Shown piece after piece: positions 25,361 to 34,431 of a DNA stretch of 64,000 bases. Source of the stretch: Candidatus Kerfeldbacteria bacterium RIFCSPLOWO2_02_FULL_42_19 (GTDB taxonomy: Bacteria; Patescibacteriota; Patescibacteriia; HO2-48-17); assembly GCA_001818315.1 (NCBI GenBank), contig MHKF01000012.1:128080-192079 (forward strand), in the 5' to 3' direction. Made by a program: the position numbers and the translations under genes. The notes under the pieces are model-generated. The model saw nothing but the letters and a program-made list of their open reading frames with translations. It was not told where the DNA came from and ran no database searches. The stretch's first letter is position 1. Each line of letters begins with the position of its first letter.

Positions 25361-27184
25361 TTATGGCGAAAGATCAAGCCCCCATTGTTCGAGTATACTT
25401 TGGAGGTATTCGAGTGTCTTTGTGTCCATCTTTGGACTCATGAGTATTTTTGTTTTCCCGAGGCGCGCTAGTTGCTCAATTGTTTGTACACCCCAACGGT
25501 CTTTGAATCCTCGAATGATTTCTTTCGTGACGCCGTACTTGTTCAGACATTCGATATTTTTTTGTTTCGCCAATTCGGAAGGCCATAGTGGAATGTGCCG
25601 TGTTTCGTTTTTCCGTCTCCCTTGTTTCTTTTTTGATTCCTCCTTTGGTTTCTTGTGCTCTATCTCTTGGCTATCAGATGTTTGGTATGTCCGAACAAAC
25701 TGGGTGTTCAGGTTGAGCATCTCCGCGATCGTACTTATGGGCCATTCGAGATCATTAATAAGTCTTGCAATAATGATTTCGCGAATCATTTGCAGCTCTG
25801 GCGTGTTGCATGCGTATCGTATCGCGCGAAGACTCTGACCGAAACTCTCGCACATCTTTCGAACCAAATTTTCCCGAGCGACTTTTGCTCGGCGTGTCCA
25901 CGATATGCAACGTTGCACAGAACATTTTGGTTTCTTTTTAAAACATGCATCTTCTGGAAAAAGGTATTTTATTTTTTCCAAGATCTGTTTATTTTGACAC
26001 AGCCCAAGTACCCTTTTTTCTATTTGTCGTACTCGTTCCCGCGTGACACCGAGATATGCACCTACTTCTTCCAATGTCTCGCCGTCGCCGCCATTGAGAC
26101 AGAATCGTCTTTCAATACAAACCCGTTCTTGCTCAAAGAGATAACATGCGTCGAAAATTTCCTCGACGAGTTTTGTAAGTTTTTTATGCGTTTCTGCATC
26201 ACACAAACTTTCTTCTATCGAGCTGCCACTAGATACAAGATCACCTCTTGTCGCGCCGTGGTTTGCATCGTTTTGAAGAGATGCGTCCAGCGAGAGAGGA
26301 TGATCATAATTGCGTAATCGGTTGAATAGATCCAAAATTTTTTTCGAACTCGTATTCATGCGTGCTGCAAGTGATTCAATTGTTGGCCGTTCACCAGAAA
26401 GCATCTCTATCTGATAGGTTATTCTATTCAACCTTTGAAGCTCGACGATCAGATGGACTGGAAATATATGAGCCTCTGCAATAGCTCTCCACATCGCTTG
26501 TTTTATCCACCAGTGTGCATAGGTTGAGAAGCGGACTCCTCGCGTATAATCATAACGTTCTACGGCATGCATAAGACCGAGCGCGCCTTCCTGCAAGAGA
26601 CTGTCTTGCGCAAGCATTGGATCCCGGATTCTACCAATGATATTCATTAGATGCCCAAGCGTAGCGCCAACGAGGTTCAGATTTTGTTCCATAATTTGAT
26701 TGCGAGCGGCAAGTCTTTCCGCGGGTGTCCCTTCTCGGAATTGTTGGAAGAGTTTAAATTGGTTGCCGAGGATTTTTTGTGCTATCGCTTCTTCCTCTGG
26801 CGTTGTGGCCTTAAAGTGTGATGTCTCGTATGTGGCGGACAGATTTTTTGGACCAGTGAAATGACGACCGTCTCCTGCTGAAGTACGCAAATGCTCACAA
26901 CCGTACTCTTCGAGTGCTTGTTGGATTTCTGCGATAATATTATCCGCAGTGCCATGTGGCAGAGACCTTTGAACCCCTGCCCTTCTGATCTCTAGAAATG
27001 TTCGGCGTAGTTCCGCCTCACTTTTGAGTTTGAGTTTCGCGATTGTTGTAATGCCTGCACTGATCAGATAGAGTTTTGTGAATGGAGATATATTCAGCGC
27101 GTCTATCGATTCTCCGGTTTCTTGTTTGTTAAGGTGCTGCATGTGTCCCTCCTGTCTTTTCGTTGTGATGTATTCTGATTTCAC
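25361..27184 (-). CDS. sigma-70-family sigma factor with N- and C-terminal extensions that resemble RpoA alpha-CTD / HhH domains
   Basis: Region 2 YAHWWIKQAMWRAI; region 4 LEEVGAYLGVTRERVRQIE; N-terminal LNISPFTKLYLISAGITTIAKL and C-terminal IECLNKYGVTKE…TIEQLARLGKTKILMSPKMDTKTLEYLQSILEQWGLDL resemble the alpha-CTD pattern. Confidence 0.65.
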   Translation of the reverse strand: MKSEYITTKRQEGHMQHLNKQETGESIDALNISPFTKLYLISAGITTIAKLKLKSEAELRRTFLEIRRAGVQRSLPHGTADNIIAEIQQALEEYGCEHLRTSAGDGRHFTGPKNLSATYETSHFKATTPEEEAIAQKILGNQFKLFQQFREGTPAERLAARNQIMEQNLNLVGATLGHLMNIIGRIRDPMLAQDSLLQEGALGLMHAVERYDYTRGVRFSTYAHWWIKQAMWRAIAEAHIFPVHLIVELQRLNRITYQIEMLSGERPTIESLAARMNTSSKKILDLFNRLRNYDHPLSLDASLQNDANHGATRGDLVSSGSSIEESLCDAETHKKLTKLVEEIFDACYLFEQERVCIERRFCLNGGDGETLEEVGAYLGVTRERVRQIEKRVLGLCQNKQILEKIKYLFPEDACFKKKPKCSVQRCISWTRRAKVARENLVRKMCESFGQSLRAIRYACNTPELQMIREIIIARLINDLEWPISTIAEMLNLNTQFVRTYQTSDSQEIEHKKPKEESKKKQGRRKNETRHIPLWPSELAKQKNIECLNKYGVTKEIIRGFKDRWGVQTIEQLARLGKTKILMSPKMDTKTLEYLQSILEQWGLDLSP

Positions 27185-27257
27185 TCAAGTCTTCTGTGAC
27201 TTGAGATGAGGGTATAACGTTAGTTTTGTGTCGTCAAGCATGTCTTAAAAACGCAAT

Positions 27258-27298
27258 CAGACTGTGAAAACTTTTTGAGAGATGTTTCGCACAGTCTG
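27258..27298. terminator. hairpin cagactgtgaaaac…gtttcgcacagtctg, 12 nt after the stop of paralog A
   Basis: Inverted repeat seen directly; a homologous hairpin sits at 29984-30029. Confidence 0.4.
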
Positions 27299-27310
27299 TT
27301 TGAGAATGTT

Positions 27311-28060
27311 TCAAAAGAATTTTTCCTCAATCATTCGGAGCCACCGAAGCCATTTTTCTGGATCGGCGTCGAACTCCGGGCGTTTGAGGGTCAGGACGTT
27401 TCGTGCGAGCACAGCGTCGAAAGTAGTCCCGTCGAAGCTTCCCAGAATGACGCCGATGAACAGGCCGGAGTTGATGTGCACGTCTTGTTGCATGCACGAT
27501 GACACCTGCGTGCTGTGATCTGGTTCTTCGTGAAAGAGATGTTCGAGCTTTGGTGCAGCGTTGATGAGTTTTTGTTTGTATTGTTGTGTGAACGTTTCTT
27601 TCGCTGCATACTTCGCGTTTGTGTGTACAAAGAGCCGGAGGAACCTTCCGAGCATTCGCCACAGAAAGATCAATGTCGTGAGGCTTTCGTGTCCCAAGAT
27701 CTGTATGATTGCGTTGAGTGCGCAGGGGTCAATCACGAGGGAATTTTCGTATCCCTGGTGGAGGAGATGAGGCTGCATGAAGACGAGGGGCTTTATGAAG
27801 TCTGGTTCGCGGTGCTGTGGGATTGTCGACATCAGGACTCGCGGTTTGAGCTGTAGATCATGGGGGAGTTGCTCGGCGAAGCCTAGGAAGTTAAGCTTGA
27901 GGAATTCAGCGGGGTTATACTCTTCTGCTTTGGCGAATCCTGGCTCGTCATCCATGTATCCGAAGATACCAAGTCTCTCTTTTTGTGTATCCAGTTTTTG
28001 CATCTTTTTTCCTTTCTTTGATTTTTTGTTCCTCGGGTTTTCCGAAAATATTTGCGGCAT
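27311..28060 (-). CDS. uncharacterised protein, paralog A of 30039-30737 (no recognised family)
   Basis: 249 aa; shares LWRMLGRFLRLFV and the C-terminal DVHINSGLF.GV.LGSF.G.TF…LAR.VLT.KRPEF…WLRMIE.KFF with paralog B (~45-70% identity by block). Confidence 0.55.
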   Translation of the reverse strand: MPQIFSENPRNKKSKKGKKMQKLDTQKERLGIFGYMDDEPGFAKAEEYNPAEFLKLNFLGFAEQLPHDLQLKPRVLMSTIPQHREPDFIKPLVFMQPHLLHQGYENSLVIDPCALNAIIQILGHESLTTLIFLWRMLGRFLRLFVHTNAKYAAKETFTQQYKQKLINAAPKLEHLFHEEPDHSTQVSSCMQQDVHINSGLFIGVILGSFDGTTFDAVLARNVLTLKRPEFDADPEKWLRWLRMIEEKFF

Positions 28061-28109
28061 TATTGACGAATGGCGCTTTTGAGAGCAAAGTTCTCATAAG
28101 CTTCGATCT

Positions 28110-28946
28110 TTGTCAAGAGGTTTCTATTCGAGGAGATTGATGATAATGGAAAAAAACACTGTTTATTGTCAGATTCGTAAGCAATGGATTACCGCAGCCA
28201 TCTGCAGTATGTTGCAAGGTGTTCCGGATTGCGCTGGTTGTGCAGCTCCGACGCGACAATGCGAGCATTGTAAAAAACGGATTGTTGAATTTCCGGATAC
28301 CGGTTTGTGCAGGGAGTGTTCACAGAAGGATCCGGAGCAACATAATGCATCTCTGGCTCATTCTATTCCTTCGCGTTCTATGCGTTGGACGCTTTGGCAC
28401 GTTCAAGAAGATCAACCCAACTTTCAGGAGCTTTTGGCACAGGCAGAAACGCTTGTGAGGAAAGAAGGAAAAGCATCGGCGCGTCTCCTCTGTCAGAAAT
28501 TCAATGTAACGCATAGCATTGCAAAGCGGCTGATTCAGGCTTTGGAGACGAGTAGTATTATAGGTCCACCTTATGCTCGTAGACCGCGACGCGTTTTGTC
28601 AGTTCGATCTTCTGTAGATGTTCCCAGTCAAAATCAACCTGAGAACGAGTCTACTGATAAGCCAGTTCTTCCGGTCGGTGAGACTGTTTCTTCAGTCTCT
28701 TCTGATACAGTGCTTGAGACACAGGTTTTCTCTCTTACTCTACCATCGTACTTATGTCACGATGTTTCGGGTGAGTCTACCCATGATTCGGCTGCCGTGG
28801 GTTGGTCTCTCAAGATGGAGTTACTTGTGCGTATTCTGCAGGTGTTGCCTTCACAATCTCAAGCGTCAAAAATTATTCGGACAATCATGGACGACGTCCG
28901 TATCATTCACGCGATCCAACATCTGTTCATCCCCGCTGATCATTAA
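28110..28946 (+). CDS. Cys-rich zinc-binding protein with an FtsK-gamma-like winged-helix domain
   Basis: N-terminal 8-Cys cluster (CQ…C…CAGC…C..C…C..C); middle EGKASARLLCQKFNVTHSIAKRLIQALETSSIIGPP matches the FtsK gamma (GKAS-S-LLQRRL…RLID…GIV) pattern. Confidence 0.5.
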   Translation: MSRGFYSRRLMIMEKNTVYCQIRKQWITAAICSMLQGVPDCAGCAAPTRQCEHCKKRIVEFPDTGLCRECSQKDPEQHNASLAHSIPSRSMRWTLWHVQEDQPNFQELLAQAETLVRKEGKASARLLCQKFNVTHSIAKRLIQALETSSIIGPPYARRPRRVLSVRSSVDVPSQNQPENESTDKPVLPVGETVSSVSSDTVLETQVFSLTLPSYLCHDVSGESTHDSAAVGWSLKMELLVRILQVLPSQSQASKIIRTIMDDVRIIHAIQHLFIPADH

Positions 28947-28947
28947 G

Positions 28948-28980
28948 AGACTACTCTGTATGGAGTAGTCTTTGCCTTTT
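28948..28980. terminator. bidirectional terminator hairpin between the convergent 28110 and ParB-like genes
   Basis: agactactc-tgtatg-gagtagtct followed by ttgcctttt. Confidence 0.45.
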
Positions 28981-29046
28981 ATGACATACTACTCTGTCGC
29001 AATGAAAAAACACAGAAGGTGGATATTGTCCACCTTCTTGAGAAAG

Positions 29047-29898
29047 TTACGATTTTTTGTGTGTCTTCAATTCAGTTTCTACTGTTTCTATTTTTTGTTT
29101 GAGAAGTTGCAGGATCGCTACAAGCGTTTCCCGTTGCATCGCGTTGCTACTGGGGATATCGAAATGTTCGAGTCCTTCGAATGTAGCGGCGATAAATCCG
29201 CGTAGTTTTTCAAAAGTGATCACGAGTTGCCTCTTTTCTGTTTGTCTTCTCACATGACGTTGCATTCGAGCCAGCAGTCTATGGGCTGGCAATCTTTCTT
29301 TGACAGCGATGGTCGCTGCATTGAGTTGCTGCTCCGGATTAATTTCCATGATGATCTTCGCGCAAGCAATGTTGATTTCGCCAGCGGCAATCATTTTTTG
29401 TATCGCTTCAGACAGTTTCAAGAGCTGGAGTCGTTCTTCTACGAAGACGGAACTTTTTCCGATGATTCTTCCTACTGCGCTGCGGTTGCCCTGATAATGT
29501 TCGACGAGTTTTGCGATGGCTTTTGCTGTTTCAATGGGGCCAAAGTTTTTGCGTTGCACGTTACGTACTACAGCAATCTCCAGCGCTTCACCTTGCGAGA
29601 CGTATTTTATGATCGCGGGAACCGTACTCCAGTTGGCAGAAATCGCAGAACGCAGACGTCGTTCCCCGTCAATCAACTCGAAATATCCTTCTTGATCATC
29701 TGCTGTGCGTACTTCAATGGGATCCAGCATCCCTTTTTGTCGGAGCGATTCAGCAAAGTATTCAATATCCTCCTGATCAAACGCCTCGCGGAACTGATAA
29801 CGTCCAGTAATGATTCGATTCACCGGAATGTCGCGACGCTCTTCTGTGTTTGTTTCGTGAATATTCTGTGTCATGTCATCCTCCTTTGTTGGTGGCAT
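29047..29898 (-). CDS. ParB/Spo0J-like nuclease-domain protein
   Basis: ParB N-terminal box LIDGERRLRSA, preceded by LDPIEV; HTH-like middle; no parA adjacent. Confidence 0.6.
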   Translation of the reverse strand: MPPTKEDDMTQNIHETNTEERRDIPVNRIITGRYQFREAFDQEDIEYFAESLRQKGMLDPIEVRTADDQEGYFELIDGERRLRSAISANWSTVPAIIKYVSQGEALEIAVVRNVQRKNFGPIETAKAIAKLVEHYQGNRSAVGRIIGKSSVFVEERLQLLKLSEAIQKMIAAGEINIACAKIIMEINPEQQLNAATIAVKERLPAHRLLARMQRHVRRQTEKRQLVITFEKLRGFIAATFEGLEHFDIPSSNAMQRETLVAILQLLKQKIETVETELKTHKKS

Positions 29899-29983
29899 GC
29901 CCTTACTTCACTGCGCTTACTACCTTATCAATGAGAAGTTTTCTTTGTCAATTGAAATTTATTCTGTTTTGTCGTGAAGACAT

Positions 29984-30029
29984 AATCAGACTGCTTGAAA
30001 CGATTTTTCGCGTTTCTCACAGTCTGATT
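29984..30029. terminator. hairpin aatcagactgcttgaaacg…cgtttctcacagtctgatt, 10 nt after the stop of paralog B
   Basis: Homologous to the 27258-27298 hairpin. Confidence 0.4.
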
Positions 30030-30038
30030 AGAAAAGTT

Positions 30039-30737
30039 TCAAAAAAATTTACCTTCGATCATTCGTAGCCACTGAAGCCACTGCTCAGGATTTTTTTCGA
30101 ATTCAGGACGTTTGTGGGTGAGTACTTTTCGCGCGAGCGTGGCGCTGAAAGTATCACCGTTGAAACTGCCAAGTAGAACCCCTACGAAAAGGCTCGAGTT
30201 GATGTGCACATCGTCTTGCGCACCCGGTTTGAGATTAATGCTATGCTCAGGCTCTTCGCGAAAGAAGTTTTCGAGACTCGGCGCAGCCTCGATAATGCTT
30301 CGCTCTTGTTCTAGTGTGAACATTTCCGTCGTCTGAAATTTTCCATTAGCGAGTACGAAGAGCCTCAGAAAACGTCCCAACATACGCCACAACATGATTA
30401 ACGTCCAGAAATCATCCAAATTCCAGATATCCTGCACTAGTATACGCATTGTGTCCGGGTAGATGATGAGACAATTTTTCGCAACAGGGGCTTGCGGGCC
30501 GAAAAAGGTAAGTCCTCGCACAGCGTTCTCTGCAGTTGGTGGTTCTTTCATGAACAAAATTTGCGGTGGATTTTGATGTGTATGAGGTAGTTTTTCTGCA
30601 AAGCTGATAAAATTGACTCTTAGGAATTCCTCGGGACGATATCTGTCGGACAACTGAAATTCTGGATCATCGTTCAAGTATCCATACAGATTCAATCTCT
30701 CATCTTGTTTGCCCTGTTTTTGCATCTCTACATTCAC
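30039..30737 (-). CDS. uncharacterised protein, paralog B of 27311-28060
   Basis: 232 aa; same conserved blocks as paralog A. Confidence 0.55.
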   Translation of the reverse strand: MNVEMQKQGKQDERLNLYGYLNDDPEFQLSDRYRPEEFLRVNFISFAEKLPHTHQNPPQILFMKEPPTAENAVRGLTFFGPQAPVAKNCLIIYPDTMRILVQDIWNLDDFWTLIMLWRMLGRFLRLFVLANGKFQTTEMFTLEQERSIIEAAPSLENFFREEPEHSINLKPGAQDDVHINSSLFVGVLLGSFNGDTFSATLARKVLTHKRPEFEKNPEQWLQWLRMIEGKFF

Positions 30738-30928
30738 CTCCTTTCTTTCCGAACTCTACATAATATCGAATATCGAAATATCGAAGGACAATTTTGAAAG
30801 GAACGTTCTCACACGAGATCTGTTTTGTCAAGAATATTTTGGCACAAGCAGAACTGTACACGCTCAAGACGTGACGCAAAATATTTGCTATACTTTATGG
30901 AGCTATTTTATTTTATCAACAATCCATT

Positions 30929-32062
30929 ATGCAAAACAAATATATTTTTTTTCCAATATTAGCACTTTTACTTGTGTTCCCTTTTCGCTTTGCGGAGGCA
31001 AAAACATATGTCTCCATTAACGGCATCAGTAACGGTGTCGCGTTGTATGCGTATAAGGGTCCGGAACTTCTCAATAAACTTGCTAAAGTTGTGAAAAGCG
31101 GTGGTTCGATCGCGCAAGCGAAGGCACGAGCGCTTTTTAAAAAACACACGATTACGATTGGTAATGTCGTAAAGAGTAAGGGCACGCAAGGCGATGCGGA
31201 GAGTACGCATGTTCGCGCGGGGTCTTTGTTTTTTGGAAAAGCAAAGTTTAAGGCGGCAAAAAAAGGTCAGACCGTGAAGAATTTTCCTATTGTTTATCAC
31301 GTTGATGGGGATCTGAAGTGTTATATTCCAGATGAGGATGTTCCTGAGGATTATGCGATTGCTTATGTAGAAACACAAGTGCGATTTAATAACGATGATA
31401 AATTTATCGGTAGCGCTCTTGTTGATGGCCGCACCGGATTTGACGGTGGCGACGGGGATCTCGCGGGAAAATTTACAGAAAAAGACGAATACAATGTTTC
31501 GATAAAGAAAGATTTTTCGGTGAATCTCGGTAATCTCAAAGATGGCAAAACGTACCCGCTCTTGTTTTTTGGAGCGACGTTGGTTTCCTATGCCGCTGAT
31601 ATACCAGTTGATTATTGTACCGCTGATTTTTATAGCACCGGCGAATTTGGTGTAAGTGAAAAGAACAAAAAATCAAAAGGTAATTTTACGTTTGAACCTG
31701 CCGTGACGGTAACCGCGACGCCTGATTCACAACCCTGGGATCGAAGTGATATCCCAGATATCACCGTCTATGTTGAAAGTAGTAATACAACGCTTATTAA
31801 TACGATTGATGTGAATCAAGTGCAATTATTCGAACGACTCGGAGATGTTGGCCAAATGCAACCGAAGTCTATTTTGGACACCGGAGATTTTGATGGTGAT
31901 GGAGTGAGCGATCGAGGCATCGTGTTTGATGGTTTGCAGCTTTATACGATTCTGCAACTTACAACACTTGGGCATAAGGATAATCCGTTGCTTTATCTCA
32001 TCGGAGAAACAACGAGCGGCACTCCTTTTGCAGGAAAATTCCGTTTTGAGACGCAGGAATAA
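30929..32062 (+). CDS. secreted hypothetical protein
   Basis: N-terminal signal peptide MQNKYIFFPILALLLVFPFRFAEA; 377 aa, Gly/Asp-rich; no family recognised. Confidence 0.45.
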   Translation: MQNKYIFFPILALLLVFPFRFAEAKTYVSINGISNGVALYAYKGPELLNKLAKVVKSGGSIAQAKARALFKKHTITIGNVVKSKGTQGDAESTHVRAGSLFFGKAKFKAAKKGQTVKNFPIVYHVDGDLKCYIPDEDVPEDYAIAYVETQVRFNNDDKFIGSALVDGRTGFDGGDGDLAGKFTEKDEYNVSIKKDFSVNLGNLKDGKTYPLLFFGATLVSYAADIPVDYCTADFYSTGEFGVSEKNKKSKGNFTFEPAVTVTATPDSQPWDRSDIPDITVYVESSNTTLINTIDVNQVQLFERLGDVGQMQPKSILDTGDFDGDGVSDRGIVFDGLQLYTILQLTTLGHKDNPLLYLIGETTSGTPFAGKFRFETQE

Positions 32063-32108
32063 TTGTTCATTCTTTTTGACAGATTGATGAGTCGGAGATA
32101 GTATTCCT

Positions 32109-32486
32109 TTGGGTTGTTATTGTGATCTTGTTACGACACAAGACTTTTCCCGTCACATGGAAAACAGGAGGTTAAACATGTGTCATTTTGTACAGGTACC
32201 TGTGAGTCAAAATTTTGTACTTTGGGAATTGCCGATTCAAGAACCAGATACAGAACACACGTGTTCTGGACTTGGTTTGCGGGTCACTTCTGAAGGCAAA
32301 GTCGTAGACGTCGAACACTGCTCGCGTTGTTTCCCAAACCTCACAATTGCTCCTGGCACGCAATTGTGCTTGCCGGAGAATATTCCGTCATGGAAAGAGG
32401 CAGCTCATCGGGTTGACGGTTTCAGCAGTATGGTCACCCCGACCGAGGTTCTCGGGTCTCTCTTGCAATCCCGAAGTGCTGCGTGA
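32109..32486 (+). CDS. hypothetical small protein (weak)
   Basis: ORF only, several Cys; an alternative start at 32179 is possible. Confidence 0.2.
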   Translation: MGCYCDLVTTQDFSRHMENRRLNMCHFVQVPVSQNFVLWELPIQEPDTEHTCSGLGLRVTSEGKVVDVEHCSRCFPNLTIAPGTQLCLPENIPSWKEAAHRVDGFSSMVTPTEVLGSLLQSRSAA

Positions 32487-32640
32487 GATCGATCGTTTGA
32501 CTCGTTTTTTTTCTCTTTCTGTGAGCAGGTTTTGCCTGCTCCGCTTCTTGAGATTGTGATGTTCGCTCTCGTAGTTTCAAGAAGCTGAGTACTTGTATCG
32601 GGACTGTCGCCGAATGTTATTTTTTGTTCAATACACGAAA

Positions 32641-32721
32641 CAAAAGAGGAGGATGACTCTCCTTTCTCAGCACACTGTGCAGTGTCAGTGCTTCGAAAGC
32701 AAGAGTCATCCTCTTCTTTTG
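32641..32721. repeat. Family-B hairpin repeat, copy 3 (inverted orientation)
   Basis: aaaagaggaggatgactctcctttctcagcacactgtgcagtgtcagtgcttcgaaagcaagagtcatcctcttctttt. Confidence 0.6.
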
Positions 32722-32895
32722 TTTTGCACATTGCATAAGAAAACGGTATTCGTGGACAGTCCCATATCGCGTCGTTATTTTCTTTTTGAGTAGAATGTTT
32801 TATATTTTAAGCAGTTGACTATTTTTATCTGTTGTTTTTTTATTCTCGGTGTGAAGAACAAAATATCCATACATCGTAGGTTTTGTTTCGCGAGC

Positions 32896-34380
32896 ATGCT
32901 TGCGATCTTCCTTTTGGTATTTTTTACGCAGGGCGTATGGGCTCAGACGAAAGACGTCGTTGGACTCAACGTCCATTGGGCGCTCGGAGGTTTCAATCGC
33001 GAAGGCAAATATCAAAAGCGTCTCCGTGACGGCAAAACCCAATGGGCGCGTGAACATTTTTATCAGGAAGTGATTATGGGCGAAGGTCAGGAAGGCTGGC
33101 TTGCGCGATACGATTATGTCATGCGTCAATACAAAGGATTGAATATTCAGGTTGTCGGTATGCTTGCCTACGGTCGGCAGCACGGAGATTTCAATCAACC
33201 TGATCTTTCGGAATGGGAGGAGTTTGTGACAACGGTTGTGCGTCGATATGGAAAAGACGTTGCTGTGTGGGAAGTATGGAACGAGCCTGACTCGCCGGAT
33301 TTTTTAGTACCAAATACTGCTGCGGCATATATCCCCATTTTAAATGTTGCATCGAAAGTGATTCGAAAATACGATCCACATGCGCGCATACTCAACGGCG
33401 GCTTGAGTTTTCCAAATGCAAGTTTTGCACGCACATTGTATGAGCAGGTGCCGAAGGATTTTGATGCTCTTGCGTTTCACGTGTATACGTGTCGCCAACC
33501 GAATCATAATCTTCTGCAGGCGCAGCTCGCTGAAATCGATACGGTATTGCGCACGTACGCTCCTAAGGATCGTGTTTGGGTAACGGAATTTGGGTGTTCT
33601 ACGGGTTCATCTGGGATTACTCAGGAATATGCGACGGCGTATAAACAGGAAGTTTTGGACATTCTATTCGCCTATCCGTGGATGGAACGCGCGTTCATTT
33701 ATACGATTCGCAATCGCGACGATGCAGGTGCGTATGAAAATAATTTTGGACTTCTGGATGTCGACATGGAGATTTTGCCTGGTTGGGTTTGGTATCAGGG
33801 CTTACTTCGAGGTCCTTATGATCAAAAGCGTGTTGATAGCCGTACACAAACTGCTCAAGCAAAAAAACTGCGCAAGGAACTCGAACATTATTTTGGTAAG
33901 GGGAATATTCCTGTGCATGGCGAACGTTGGACTCAGCTTGTGGATGCCTATGTGTACGGCGGGTATACCGTGAAAGCGATTGCACAAGGTATTCGTTTTG
34001 GCGGAAAAACTGTTCATCCGACGATTCTGTGGAAGGTGTGGAGAAAACAGGAGATTTATCAAGACTATATTAATAAAGATTGGACAGGAAAGATGTTTAT
34101 TCACGCGTACGGAAAGCCGCGGATTTCTGCTGCGAAAGAGCAGGAAAAATCCGAGAAACTTTTGTCGATACTCAAAGAAGATTATCATTTTGATCAACTG
34201 CGTATAAACGCAGATAATTGGCCTTTGCTCTCGAAGGCGTATATATATGGGAACTATCCAGAAGAAGCGATTGCGCGAGTGCAGATTTCCGGCGGCAAAA
34301 CTGTACATCCAGAAATTTCGTGGCACGCGTGGCGCAAACGAACTGAATATCAAGAAGGTATGAAAGTACCGCTTCCATGA
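32896..34380 (+). CDS. clan GH-A glycoside hydrolase (GH5-like) with a signal peptide and two C-terminal ~95-aa tandem repeats
   Basis: VWEVWNEPD (acid/base NEP motif) and VTEFGCS (nucleophile TEF); C-terminal repeats YVYGGYTVKAIAQGIRFGGKTVHPTILWKVWRK / YIYGNYPEEAIARVQISGGKTVHPEISWHAWRK; start taken at the Met before the hydrophobic signal. Confidence 0.55.
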   Translation: MLAIFLLVFFTQGVWAQTKDVVGLNVHWALGGFNREGKYQKRLRDGKTQWAREHFYQEVIMGEGQEGWLARYDYVMRQYKGLNIQVVGMLAYGRQHGDFNQPDLSEWEEFVTTVVRRYGKDVAVWEVWNEPDSPDFLVPNTAAAYIPILNVASKVIRKYDPHARILNGGLSFPNASFARTLYEQVPKDFDALAFHVYTCRQPNHNLLQAQLAEIDTVLRTYAPKDRVWVTEFGCSTGSSGITQEYATAYKQEVLDILFAYPWMERAFIYTIRNRDDAGAYENNFGLLDVDMEILPGWVWYQGLLRGPYDQKRVDSRTQTAQAKKLRKELEHYFGKGNIPVHGERWTQLVDAYVYGGYTVKAIAQGIRFGGKTVHPTILWKVWRKQEIYQDYINKDWTGKMFIHAYGKPRISAAKEQEKSEKLLSILKEDYHFDQLRINADNWPLLSKAYIYGNYPEEAIARVQISGGKTVHPEISWHAWRKRTEYQEGMKVPLP

Positions 34381-34431
34381 TGTTTTTTGATTGTATTGCC
34401 AGACTGCGAAATTCGCGATAAAGTCAGTACG

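Noticed and set aside
27311-30737. HEPN (Rx4-6H) assignment for the paralog family, based on LARKVLTHKRPEF in paralog B
   Set aside because: The His is replaced by Leu in paralog A (LARNVLTLKRPEF), so the motif is not conserved. No other HEPN features were recognised.
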